This document shows, in pieces, positions 40,524 through 53,640 of a stretch of DNA of 64,000 nucleotides. Every line of letters starts with the position of its first letter. The stretch's first letter is position 1. The position numbers and the translations under genes were made by a program. The notes under the pieces were generated by a model. The model saw only the letters and a list, made by a program, of their open reading frames with translations. It had not been told where the DNA came from and made no database searches. Source of the stretch: Eledone cirrhosa (taxonomy: Eukaryota); NCBI GenBank assembly GCA_964016885.1, contig OZ024743.1, forward strand, positions 143,902,001-143,966,000, given 5' to 3'.

Positions 40524-41951
40524 GTTAGTTTTGAGTTTTTGTTTTGTCTTTTTATCATCATCATATCTCTGTTTTACATACTGGCATGGGTTGAACAGGT
40601 TATCACAGTCCTAGACAGGTCAAATAACTACATCCAGCTCATATGTTCCATATTTTGGCATGGTTATATTTATTTTAAGTCCTTCCTTCATAATTCTAGC
40701 TAAGGACCTTTTAAGTTATGTCCCAAACACCAGCTTAATAAAGTTAGTTTTACAGCTAAATCCCTCCAAATTATGGATTATTTTCAAAATCATTTGAAAG
40801 CCATATGCAGTGCTTTTTATTAGAAATATGTTAATGAGAGGGTTAAATCAACCAAGTGTAATTTCAACATATTACAAAATTAATAACTATAGTTTTACTG
40901 TAGCTCCTGACTTTTAGAAGATTAAATATTGTAAATACATGTGGATATTTCTGTTAATGCTAGTCACTTTGCAGAGTGTATTGAGTGTGTTTTATCATAG
41001 TACCAGCAGTAGAGAGTTGTCAAGTCTTTAACAAGATCAAAGTCCTCTTTACCCTGTTGACTTGGTTGGGTCATCAGTCTTCATAATTATTCATCACTGT
41101 TTAGTTAGTTATGAATTTTTGCTTTTTATTCACTTTTCTACAAATATAATATCATAATAACAAAAAAATAAAGAAGAAGAAAGTAGGCAGAAATGGAATA
41201 AGGGTGATATCTCTGAGTTGCACCTTGTGGTTAAGATGGTGAAAGCATTGGTTCAGAGAATAGCAAGCAATACCTGCTGCATCATTCATTCCACTTCACA
41301 GGTCTCTTTCAAGGCATGTTATCCTTATCCCAATTTAGCAGAAGAAAACAGCAGTCTAGAGATTGAAGAAATTGGAGGTCTTAGTGGTAACCAGCACACA
41401 AAAAAGAATCAATACCTGGTATTTAATTATACTTTTTAGTTTTTGTTTTGTGTTGGTTACTTATTCCGTTATTCAGTTTTTACTGGAGGCAAATTAGCGG
41501 AATTTTTAAGTTTGGGTTTTCTGTATTCTGAGTACAAATCCTGCTAAGGTCAAATTTGCCTTTCATTCTTTTTGGGTCAATAAATAGAGCACCAGTCCAT
41601 TGTTTCAGTTCCTTGTGTTCTGTAATCAAATCTTGTCACTAGAAATGATTCATGATTCTGCTATGATTTGCAACTGATAGATAGAATTGGCAATGGAAAT
41701 ATTAAAGGAAACATAATTTATTTGGTCTGATCTAACAACCTACTACTTCTTTTTCCTATCTTTACTTTATTGAAAATTAAAATTTATTTTAAAAAGTTAT
41801 ACTTCATATCATTGTCACTGTCATCATTTTTACATCTGATTTTTTTCATACTGGCATGGGTTGAATAAGACATTTTTGAGGCATTGTTCAACAGTTAGAT
41901 ACCTTTGCTGGGATTTTTTTAATTTTTTTAATTATAAGTTATAATTTAAAT

Positions 41952-42076
41952 CTCCTCCTCCTCCTCCTTCTTCTTCTTCTTCTTCTTCTTCTTCTTCTTC
42001 TTCTTCTTCTTCTTCTTCTTCTTCTTCTTCTTCTTCTTCTTCTTCTTCTTCTTCTTCTTCTTCTTCTTCTTCTTCC
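41952..42076. repeat. (CTC)n(TTC)n microsatellite
   Basis: Pure trinucleotide run. Confidence 0.95.
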
Positions 42077-42330
42077 ATAGATGTAATTCTTTCCAAGTAA
42101 GAAAGTGTGGATAAAAATTTTCAAATGTCAACACTTCCAGTTATACGGCATTCCTAACGTCTTCACGAACCAAAGTATCATGTTCTTGTTTTCTTTCGGT
42201 TGCAACGTTTTTCGAAATATTTACTTCTGCGTTCACAGATTGATGTTTTTAGTTTCAGAAGATCCCGTTAAGGGTGAAAGCAGCGGTTCTTTGCTTAAAC
42301 TTTAATCTGTTATTTTAATATATATATTAA

Positions 42331-42678
42331 TGGAAGCACATGGCTTAGTGGTTAGAGCATTGGCCTTGCAATCGAAAGGTTGTGAGTTCAATTCTCAGAC
42401 CGGGTGATGTGTTGTTTCCTTGAACAAGACACTTTATTTCACATTGCTCCAGTTTACTCAGCTGTAGAAATGAGATGATAGGGACTGGGGTCCATATCAT
42501 ACCACTGCCAAGTGGTCGTGAAGGTGCCACGGCAAAAATGCACCCAGCACTCACTGTAAATGAGGTTGGTGTTAGGAAGGGCATCCAGCTGTAGAAATCA
42601 AGCCAGCATCAGTTCCGTCCCACCCTTGCAAGCAGGGAAAAAGTGGACGTAAAATGAAATGATGATGATGATGATGAT
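42331..42678 (+). mobile_element. tRNA-derived SINE with Nin/Deu-like core and RTE-derived tail
   Basis: A box TGGCTTAGTGG, B box GTTCAATTC; 3' end matches the RTE 3' end and (GAT)n. Confidence 0.85.
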
Positions 42679-43934
42679 ATTCGTTTACATATATTTTTGC
42701 ATACACAAAAACACAAATATAAACAAACGTATTTATTTCACGAAAGCACAGACGGCTTATCATCATTGTTACTGCCGATATGCCACCCAAAAAGTCCTAG
42801 CCTGGCCGCAAGATCAGATTTTCCAGAAGATAAAATGTTACTAGAGCAACAGAGAGACTAAGCTTTGTGATTACCATCAACAAAGCTCAGGGTCAAACCC
42901 TAAAAGTGGCTGGCCTTCATCTGGGAAAACCATGGTCAATTGTATGTAGGATGCTCTAGGTTGAGCTCGCCAAACAACCTCTTCATCTTTGCTCCCGAGG
43001 GCCGAACAAAAAATATTGTATACTCTGAGGCTCTAACAATGTAATTTATGTATTTTCTGTTACTTGGAATTTCCATTATGGTTGTACAAATTATTGTAAA
43101 GTTTGTTAAAAAATTTGTTCTCTGTTCAACCTTTATTGTTGTAACTATCAATTTTCTTTAACGTACTGACTGAGAAAAGAAACCTACAATGAAAGAACAT
43201 CTTAAAGTTTACCCAAGCCAAATGTTGTATTTATTAACATTTCTATCTGCAGGTTCTTAGCAAGCTTACTGGCACTTTAGTATGGTATTCAATTCTCATA
43301 TCGTTTTTGATTGATATGGTGTATATATCACAGCTATTCATATGTTTTAAACATTAGATAACGATTGCTGATGTATATTGTACGACAGAATTAGCTGAAA
43401 AATATTTTGAATGAACAAATAAAAAAGATATAAAAGAGAGATGTTTGCTGGTTGGTTCCTTCGCGTATCACACGAAAAAAACGTAAAGTGACAATCGGAA
43501 AGTATGTACAGGATTACGATAAGAGTATATCCAGGAAAGTTTATTGATACTAATTTTATAACACTAAAGAAGAAGAAAGACATACCACGTATGCTAACCA
43601 GCCTGACTGCTATTTCTAGCAACCATAAGGGATTCTCTCTGCGAGTTCGTTGTCAGTGATGATCGTGTTTCGCGGCCTATGTTTTTGATTCCAACGGTGG
43701 TTTACATGCACACACACACACACGCACGAACACAAACACACACACACATATATATATATATATACACACACTCACACACACACACACACACGAACACTCA
43801 CACACACACACATATATATATATACACACAAACATACACACACACACACACTGTAAACAATGCATTCAATACAGACGTTTTCTCTTCTGCCGGTCTTCTC
43901 TTATCATTTGTTAACCTTGGCGAAGTTGGGTACA

Positions 43935-44120
43935 ATAATTGTTTCTACTTTTGGCACAAGGCCAGCAATTATCCCAGCACATTGCCGGTACTTTATTTTA
44001 TCGACCCTGTAAGGATAAAAGGCAAAGTTGACCTCGGCGGGATTTGAACTCAAACCATAAAGAACTGTAACTATTTGCTGCAAAGCATGGCATCAGACTC
44101 TCTACCGATACTGCCAGCCT
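43935..44120 (-). mobile_element. Meta-core SINE copy (another at 46995-47133 +; older copies near 13020, 15265, 21950, 23915, 41490, 44200, 45730)
   Basis: Homology to 5911-6102. Confidence 0.8.
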
Positions 44121-45352
44121 CCCATGCTGGAATCATTCGGATGGGTTGTCGTGGTTTGAATCAGTTCATATTTGGAGTATGAAAATGCCACTCTGTATTT
44201 GATCTCTGCACCATGAGCTCAAACTTTGTCTTTCATCCTTGTTGATCTCATAAAATAATGTACCAGTCCAAGTTGTTGGATTGGGGGGATTGTTAGAGTA
44301 TTGGACGAGATGCCTTGTAGTATTTGTTGCAACCCTTTGTGTTCTAAGCTCAAATCCCACATTAGCCTACTTGTGTAGTAGATTTAAGCCATTACCCAGT
44401 TTAACGTCAATGCTTGACACTTGAGTTCATTTAATAGTCTATTTTGTTGCAAGCATTTGGACCTTGTCTTCTGTTTAGAGTTACCTCCTTCTCTTCCTTC
44501 CTGATTTAGCTTTTATTTCTAGCAGGTTAAACAATCACGTTCAGATTCCGAAGTTCACATGTTCCTTTTTAAATGTAAATTTGAAACTAGTCAAATACAC
44601 TTGTGAAAATGGTTGAAAGTGGTTGATTCATAGCCACATGTTTATTCTCCTCTTATACAGATCTATGACCTTTTTGCTAATGTGAGAAATCTTGATTATA
44701 CAGTACTTTCACTAGAAGGTGTAATAAACTTACCACTTCCAAATTTGTGCTATATATGCATTTCTTTTTTGCTTTACTGTAAGATAGTTGGTGATCAAAT
44801 AGAGTAAAGAAGACTCTTCTTCAGTCTTGTGGAGTACATAACAACCTCTCTAGTGCTACGAGTGAGAAGACCATTGCCACAATGAAATACATCCAGTACA
44901 CTATGTAGAGTAATAGTGTTGGTACCATAATAACTGTTTCTACTTTTGGCACAAGGCCAGTAATTATCCCAGTGCATTACTGGTGTTTTATTTTATCAAC
45001 CATAAAATTATTATGTTGGTTCCATAATAACATCACTCAGGATATTCTGTAAAGTGCTAGTCCTGATGGCACAGCAAAATCTACCCAGTTCACTTTGTAA
45101 AGTGATTTGTCTTTGAAAAGGCATCCTGTCACAGAAACCATGCCAAAAAAGGAAACATGAATAAGATGTGGTTATCCAACCAGTCCAGTTTGAGAATGTG
45201 ATGACCCATTCAACCTATAGCAGTATGGAAATATATATATAAAATTATTGTCTTATATCTGTTGTGCAAACATGTATGCACGTACACAAAAACTCTCTGT
45301 TCCTTCATTTTGTTTTTATCACTTTTAATGAGTTTCCTATATTATGTTTCAG

Positions 45353-45435
45353 TGTAGGGATAAAGAGATCCAGTTTGTTATAGAATTTCCTGACAATTAT
45401 ATCAATGTACCAGTAGTGAAAGGAAAAACTATCCA
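45353..45435 (+). CDS. PLEKHG5: PLEKHG5-like exon, start of RBD/ubiquitin-like domain (CRDKEIQFVIEFPDNYINVPVVKGKTIQ)
   Basis: gtttcag acceptor, CA|gtatgt donor. Similar to PLEKHG5 KECFTLKF...IVPAMKKKSL and to the RBD pattern VPVxxGxTI. Confidence 0.8.
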
Positions 45436-47367
45436 GTATGTACATATTCTTTATTTATTTCTGTAGTCATTAAAACATATTTATTTATTCATGTTTAGTA
45501 TTTTCAACAGAACAAAACATAAAATTACTGGCAAACTTATTATTAAAATACCCAAGAGACTGTCAATGAGATAGAACCTGCTTGGGAAGCTGGCAAAATG
45601 TCATATAACATTTTGCTTATCCATTCTTCAAAATCACTTATCACTTAACTCCTAACAGAGTCATAGAGGCATGACTTGGGAATTGGGTGTGAAGGGGTGG
45701 AAAGACAGAGAAAAGAGGGAAGTGAACTACCCTAGTATTTCACTGGTACTTATTTTATCAACCTCAAAAGGATGAAAGCCAAAGTTGACTGCAGTAGGAT
45801 TTGAACTTAGAGCCGAGAGAGCCAGAATAACACACAGCAGTCTATTTGATGTCTTAACAGTTCTACCAATTCTGTCAATCTACTTTTCAAAAGAAAAAAA
45901 ATGAAGACATTCTTTGAATAGAATATATCAAAATAACACGTGTTTTAAGGCTATTTCCCTTGCCAAAGTAGGGGTTATCCTTGTGGGCCCTTGACAAGTT
46001 CTCAATTTCCCCCTATTCTTTGCATCACTTACACCAATTTTCATTTTTTCCACCCTCATCTTTAGTCATGTCTTTCTTGTTTTGTCCCTTCATCTATCTC
46101 CTTAATCTACCATTCATTTTCATCACTTCTCTCATCCAATCACTTTCATCTTGCCTCAATGCTTGACCCAATCATCTCATTCCATTTCTCTTTACAACAT
46201 TCATTACTGGCTCCATTCTCATTATCCTCTGCAATTCATTCTCTCTCTCTCTGTTCATTCATCAGACCATTTTCATTTTTATTCTTTCCAGCCTTTTCTG
46301 TTGCTTCATATTCATCATTCATGCCTTGTTCTCTTAGATCATGGCACTTCTCACATATACAGTATGCACCCTTTCGCTTCAGTATCTGCGGCACTCATTT
46401 CCAGGCATATCTCACTCAAACTACCATTGCCAAGTCTAGTTCAACTACACCATTCAATATGTTTCTTAGCTAACAGAATATATTTATTGAAATATTTTGT
46501 GTATGAGTTCCCAATTTAAAAATTTGTAGTGGTTGTTTAACTCTAGGTCAAACTTAATAGAGCAGACGAATGATCAAAGGTATTCCAGCTATGACCATCC
46601 TATCTTTTCAGACAGTGTATCAAGAACTAAATCATTCAATCGGTTTTCTTTTGTTAAGACATTTAGGAGTGATTCGATAGAAATTTGGCTGCTATTTCCA
46701 GCAAGAGGATCTATTGCGTAGTGGCAACTTCGTTGGCTTGTTTAGTAGATCATGTAATTGTGGTATGGTCAAGTACCATAACTTAGAGCACATTTTCTGC
46801 AAAATTACTATATGCAGTTATAAGTTGTCTCCCTTTAATCAATATCTCAATGCTTAAGATAGCAACTTGATAATTTTTACATTAAGGAGCATTAAATCAT
46901 CGTTTTTACGTCTCATTTTGTATTCTTTTACTTTTGCTTCTTTCAGTTATATATAAAAGTTAAACTCGGCGGGATTTGAACTCAGACCTCATAGAGTTAC
47001 GTCCCTTTACGGTCTGAGTTCAAATCTCGCCGAGGTTAACTTTGCCTTTCATCCTTACGGGAGTCGATAAAATAAAGTACCAGGAATGCATTGAGATAAT
47101 TGCTGGCCTTGTGCCAAAAGTAGAAACAATTATATATATATAATGTGTGTGTATGTTTCTCTTCCTCTCTCTCTCGCCCTCCACTCTCTCTTCTCTCTCA
47201 GTATATATCATCATCATCATCATCATCCACGTTAGCATGGGTTAGACGGTTTTGTTTCATTTGATGCGGTAATGGTTGGGAAACCATGTCTCTGGCAGGT
47301 TTTTTTACAGCTGGATACCTTTCCTAACACCAATCACATTTACAGTGAGCCATTTTACCGTGAATCC

Positions 47368-47422
<55 letters not shown>

Positions 47423-47439
47423 CAATAATATTAATAAAT

Positions 47440-47607
47440 GGAAACTATCTTTATAAATCCATATTTATTTTATTATATATTTGGTACGCTCAAAACACTC
47501 ACAGGACCATAAGTATTATATGTGTAAAGTTTGAAAACAATCGGTTGGGTGATTCTCGAGTTTTAATGATCGAACAGACAGACATTCTCTGTTTTAGATA
47601 TATAGAT
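47440..47607 (-). mobile_element. Non-autonomous Helitron-like 5' end (similar on + at 48928-49180)
   Basis: The - strand starts TCTATATATCTAAAA, then (GTCT)n and CCGATTGTTTTCAAACTTT. Confidence 0.5.
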
Positions 47608-48564
47608 ATTTCAAGGGTACCAACATTTTTTTTTTGGTACGCTCTCATCAGATAAAATACAAAGGTTGTTTTATAGATAGTGACATATTCAAGAATAAGA
47701 ACTTATCGTTTTAATTTCTGTTTGAATAGTGAAAGAAATTCAAATCTTAGGATGAATATGTTAATGAGGGCAACGTAAAGTTGAAAAAGATCGTTATATT
47801 TAGACGCTAGGTAAATTAAAATAATTATTAGTGTTATTTAATAGACTATATAGACATCAATACATATATATGCTTGATATCACTAACATATGCATAAATA
47901 TAAGGAATGCTATCTAAATACATAAATAAAAGAATTTTTATCTTAGAAAATATGTAATATATGATATGTAATATATATTTTTTACATATATTTTGCATAT
48001 ATCTTGATTGGAATTTTTTAAAGTAAATTCTAGAATTAATCAGTAAATATAAATATTTTAACTAAGAAATATTTGAGTTATCTTTTCCTTTATAATGTAA
48101 CACGCTTACACATTTCTTCTAAGAAACAACTAAACTTTACATAAATATTAAAATTTTGTTGTATAACTTTCGTTAACTTCATAAATTGTAAATGTATTCC
48201 TATCTTGATGCAAATATTGAATGTACAAAATAATCTTCTATAATAAAATAGAACTACTTCCTTTTTCTTAAATATATATTGAACTTGATGGGGTCTGTTT
48301 CTGTTTTGATTTGTTTTGGTGTAATGTTAAAGAGAGCAGGGTGAATTGAGGTGAAATAATTGTGCCGTATTGTTGTTATCAGATGCGAGTGAGACTTTTG
48401 TCATGGGCGGATAGCACGGGGCCCAAGTCTTGGGTGTACATTAAAGGTGATGCTAACACCATATGATTCCAGTTCCTCAGAGGAATAACAACACAACCAG
48501 GAGCTGGACATATCAATGGATTGACGGAGTAAAACACACTTCAGCAACATTCAAACCAATTCGG

Positions 48565-48619
48565 ACTGCCTGAAGAGGTCACAGCCAATGATGGCTGTCA
48601 CCGAAATATATGTAGCAGT
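48565..48619 (+). ncRNA. Minimal type I hammerhead ribozyme motif
   Basis: ACTGC-CTGAAGA-GGTCACAGCCA(ATGA)TGGCTGTCACC-GAAA-TATATG-TA-GCAGT. Confidence 0.8.
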
Positions 48620-48639
48620 ATATCTATAATCTGTATATA

Positions 48640-48925
48640 TATATAATAATAATAATGATATATATAATAATAATAAATAATAATAAATAAAGTGCTCAGG
48701 TGCACTACAACTCGTCAAATGTGCATGTATAGTACATAAAATAATATACAAATGTCAGGGAAGTGAATAGTGTATGAGTCATGATATACATGTGTGTATG
48801 TGTATGGAGGGGGAATATTAGGTGTAGTGTTGGCGAATCTCGGGAAGCATGGAGATTTTAAAGGATGCAGTGTCTCGACAGCTAACAACTGATGCAGGTA
48901 GTTTGTTCCATGCTTCAGCAACTCT
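48640..48925 (-). mobile_element. 5'-truncated 3' end of the same CR1-type LINE with (TTA)n tail
   Basis: Near identical to 32686-32922. Confidence 0.9.
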
Positions 48926-49396
48926 GAGTATAAAATTAAGTATGTGTGTGTGTGTCTGTGTATTACCTATAGGGGCCTACATCTTACGACCGATTTTCAT
49001 GAAACTTTACAGGCTCATAGATTAGTCATCGGGGAGTGTTTTCTATATATCAGCGTAACGTTTTTTTTATTCCGTGGTCATTCTGCAGATATAAGTCGAT
49101 GGGGAGAGGGGGGATCACCTTTTTTTAGGTATAAAAAAATAACAGTTTGCCACCGATTTTGTTCAAATTTTAAAGCAAAATAATCTCTCTGCACTTGTCA
49201 TCACATGGTACCATGGGCCTAGCACTATGTGTCAATAATTGTCACAAGTGTAGTGTTTGTACCAGAGTTTTCAAGTCGCTGGCTGAACTAAAAAGTCACA
49301 CTCGTTTTGCGCATCCGTAGGGGTTCTCCTACATGGATATAAAATAGTGGCCGTACTCGAAAACGAGTTGGCAGCCACCATGTATATGTGTATATG

Positions 49397-49437
<41 letters not shown>

Positions 49438-49532
49438 ATATGTGTATATGTATGTATGTATATATATGTATGTATATGTATATATGTGTATGTGTGTATA
49501 TGTATATGTATGTATATGTATACATATATACA

Positions 49533-50095
49533 ACCTGTCTCATGGTCGGGTCGTTGGCGACTAAACTGGCAACCCCTCCTAGGTTTCTTGGTGAGGAGGG
49601 TGACTTTGGACATCCTGCAGGACAAAACAAAACCTGTCAAAGGGCAAAGGAGCTCTTAAGAGTCAATGGCCATCCAAAATCACCGGGAGAGATGACCCCT
49701 TCGCCTTTGTCAAGGCAGAATTCTAGGAGAAGGAAAGCTCTGATATAACACCTGCAACCCTGATGGTATCCAATGATGTTGATTTGTTCTTCTTTTTGGT
49801 AAATATCATCTTGGTTAAGAGAGTGGGACTGGCTTTGTGCAGTGCCTTTGCTCACTGTAAAAGCTTCACGGCACAGGCATTGCTTTATATCTGGAGATCT
49901 CTCTGCACTTGTCATTACATGGTACCATGGGCCCAGCACTATATGTCAATAATTGTCACAAGTGTAGTGTTTATACCAGAGTTTTCAAGTCGCTGGCAGG
50001 ACTAAAAAGTCACACTCGTTCAGCGCATCGGTAGGGGTTCTCCTACATGTATATAAAGTAGTGGCCATACTCAAAAACGAGTTGGCAGCCATCAT
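49533..50095 (+). mobile_element. Non-autonomous bipartite RTE/BovB-like element; 3' part duplicated at 49184-49381, related 3' end at 57510-57750
   Basis: ~195-bp direct repeat encoding a C2H2-like CxxC...[12 protein letters not shown] remnant, followed by a TA-rich tail. Confidence 0.6.
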
Positions 50096-50137
50096 ATAAA
50101 TATATATATATATGTATATATATATGTATGTATATAA

Positions 50138-50205
<68 letters not shown>

Positions 50206-50231
50206 GTATATATATATATGTATGTATATAA

Positions 50232-50262
<31 letters not shown>

Positions 50263-50324
50263 TATAAATATATATATATGTATATATATATGTATGTATA
50301 TATATATATATGTATATATATATG

Positions 50325-53300
50325 TCATCATCATCATCATCATTTTACGTCCGCTTTTCCCTGCTTGCAAGGGTGGGACGGGTCTTATTCAGCACAGCAT
50401 CTCTCCACTCGTCACGGTCCCTCGTCATCTCCACCATGAGCTTCAATGATCTGAGGTCTGTTCTCACCACCTCCACCCGTGTTTTTCGTGGTCTACCTCT
50501 ACCACGTCTTCCTTCAACTCGCATTTCCTGGCACTTCTTCACCCATCGGTCATCCTCCATGCGCATCACATGTCCATACCACCTCAGTCTCCTCTCCCGT
50601 ACACTACATTCTATCCCTCTCAGACACAGTTTCTCTCTCAACACATTTATGCTGGGTCGTTCACGCACATTTACACTGCACATCCAACGGAGCATGCTTG
50701 CCTCATTTCTCTTCAGCCGTCGCATATCCTCTGCGGTTGCTGCCCATGTCTGACTACCATGCAGCATCGCGCTCCTCACACAGGCATCATACAACCGGCC
50801 TTTTGTACGCAGGGAGAAACCCTTCTTCGTCAACAGAGGAAGCAGCTCCCTAAACTTCTTCCAACCCGTCCTTATTCTAGATACTATGGCCTCGGAACAC
50901 CCTCCTCCCATGCTAATCTGATCTCCTAGGTACCGGAAGCTATCCACCACTTCTATAGCGCCCTCTCGCATTTGAAAAATGTGTCTATCAGTGCGACTTC
51001 TACTGTCTAATTTCCCTGTACATCTACTGCATACATATTTCTCCCTACCTGTTAGTTTGCCTGCTATCCCGCTACATCTCTTGTGTACCCAGGACCTGCA
51101 TTGTGTGCATTTTATAGAATTTATGCCAGTTCCTTTTCTGCATATTGAATATGGTCATTTCCCTGACGGAATCAGGGTTTTGTCCTCTTTTCTACTCATC
51201 AACACTTTTGTCTTAGCTAGATTTACTCTCAGTCCTCTTGCTTCCAACTGCTGTTTCCATAGCCGGAATTTATTCTTTAGCTCCTCTACTGATTCTGCTA
51301 TAAGAGCCAGATCGTCAGCATAGAGAAGTTCCCATGGACAGCCAGTCTTAAACTCCTCTGTTATGGCTTGGAGGACTATAATGAACAAGAGCGGGCTGAG
51401 GACCGAACACTGATGTACTCCTACTTGTATCTGGAATTCCTCACTAAACTCCATTCCTACCCTGACTTTACTGAGAGTACCTCTGTACAAAGTTTGCACT
51501 GTTCTCACAAGCCATTCCTCAACACCTAGCTTCCTTAGGGACCACCAGATGACAGATCGGGGTACCCTATCAAAGGCCTTCTCTAGGTCAACAAAGGCTA
51601 AGTATAGTGGCTTATTCTTCTCTAAGAACCTCTCTTGCATTTGTCTCACCAAGAAGAGGGCATCTGTTGTACTCTTCCCAGGCACAAAACCAAACTGTAT
51701 CTCATCTAGTTTGACCCTTTCTCTAATTAGTTGTGCTAAAATCCTTTCTGCCACTTTCATAACCTGATCCATCAGTTTTATGCCCCTATTATTGCTCCTC
51801 TCCAGAGCATCCCCTTTAGCTTTGTAGCAATTTATGAGAATACTGCTGCACCAGTCTTTGGGTATGACACCACCATATATAGCCTGATTGATGATGCGTG
51901 CAACCAGTTTATTGCCTACGTCCCCTGATGCCTTCAGCATCTCAGCAACTATTCCCGATGGTCCGGCCGCCTTACCATTTTTCATTTCCCTAATCGCCTC
52001 TTGGACCCTATATTCGTCAATCTCAATAGCTGGTCCCTCTGTCGGATCTACCAAGGGTAATTTCTCTCTCTCCCATTCGTTCTCCACATTCATCAGTCTC
52101 TCATAATGACATTTCCAGGCCTCCTTTTTCTGGTCATTCGTGACACTAAGTACACCGGCATCATCCCGGACACATTTATCTCCAACAACATCCTGATTTG
52201 CATTGACACACTGCCTTGCAATGTGGAACACCTGACGCCTCTGATCTTCCCGTCGCAGAACATTGGCAAACCTCCTACTCTCTGCCTCCCTGCATGCTAA
52301 GTACACCTGATGTCTAGCTTCTCTCTTAGTGGCTGTATATTCTTCCCTACTCCCACCCTTTTTCCAAGCCTTCCATGCTAGTCTTTTGTCTCTAATAGCC
52401 TTATCTACTGTGCTGTTCCACCACCAGGTCACTCTCTGTCTGGTTGGAGCTCTGCTCCAGCCACAGGTTTCATCAGTAGCCTGCAGCAAGTTGTCACGTA
52501 AGAACTTCCAGTTATTATCTATGTCATACGTCTCTAAATCGTCTTCTTTTTCGTCATATACATCTTGACGGGCTTTCCTAAATTTGTATTTTAGTGAAAG
52601 GTCTTTTAGCTTCCAGACCTTTCTTCTCCACACCTTCCTATATGTCTCATTCCATCTCTTGCTTACTGAGATATCACTAACAACTAACCTATGCTGTGGG
52701 GTACATTCTTCCCCAGGGTATGCCTTGGTATTAGACACTATCTGTCTGTCCCGCTGCCTAACTAGCAGGAAGTCAATCTGGCTTATGTGCTCACCAGATT
52801 TGTAGTTTATTAGGTGATTGGCAGGTTTCTGGAAGTTTGTGTTGCAAATAGTCAATGTACTCGCATCACAAAATTCAAGAAGTCTCACTCCTTCTTCATT
52901 TCTTGAACCGTAACCGTGCCCACCATGTACCCCAGTGTAGCCATCCTGGAGCTGTCCAACATGACCATTGAAGTCTCCTGCTAGCATAACGATGTCTCCG
53001 TCCTCTGTCATTGTGGTTGTTTGCAAAAGTTGCTCATAAAAGCAGTCTTTCTCATCTTTGCCTAGGCCTGCTTGGGGAGCATAGACCGAGATGATTGTCA
53101 GTAGTCTCCTACCTACAACTAATCTAAGCTTAATTATTCGATTACTAACTCGAACTACCTCTATTGTCTTATTGATCCATTTCTCAGCCAGGAAAATGCC
53201 TACTCCCCCTAACCCATCATCCTTACCTACCCAGAATAGCTTATAGCTAAGACGCTTGCCTACGACTAGTCTCGCAGAGGCACCTCTCCATCTCACCTCT

Positions 53301-53640
53301 TGCACGCAGCACACATCCACCTGCCTTCTCTCCAGCATCTCCGCTATTTCAGCAGATCTACCTCTGAGAGTGCCAACATTAAGTGTTGCAACTCTGAGAT
53401 GCGACATCTTCATATTTTGTTGTTGTTCCTATGCTGTTTTGTTGCTGTGCTGATAAGCGTTTTGGCATTGATACACTGGTTGGATGCCCTTCCTAACACC
53501 AGCGCCACTTTACAGCATGGACTGGGTGCTTTTATTTGTGCCACCAGCACTAGAGAGGATGTCTTACTAGACTCAAGGGCCCTCTCTACCCCTCCATTTT
53601 ACAGCATGGCCATTAAAAAAAACAAAATAAAAAAAAAAAA
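50325..53640 (-). mobile_element. Near full-length RTE-clade LINE with (GAT)n 3' tail
   Basis: APE endonuclease (TLNVGTL, QEVRW, GDFNGHVG) and RT (QFGF, FVDLEKAFD, YADD) in one frame; tail at 50326-50343. Confidence 0.95.
50345..53413 (-). pseudogene. RTE endonuclease-RT ORF of ~1022 aa broken by one TGA at 51155-51157
   Basis: The 752-aa and 208-aa ORFs are in the same frame, joined by 61 open codons after the TGA; sister copies encode Trp at this position. Confidence 0.9.

Noticed and set aside
42340-42410. tRNA-like A and B boxes
   Set aside because: SINE head; no full cloverleaf, and it continues into a multi-copy repeat body.
47752-47811. Short ATG ORF followed by a good GT donor (possible alternative first exon)
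   Set aside because: The ORF stops at the donor and there is no other support.
51155-51157. In-frame TGA as selenocysteine or programmed readthrough
   Set aside because: Sister copies have TGG (Trp); a simple G-to-A nonsense mutation explains it.
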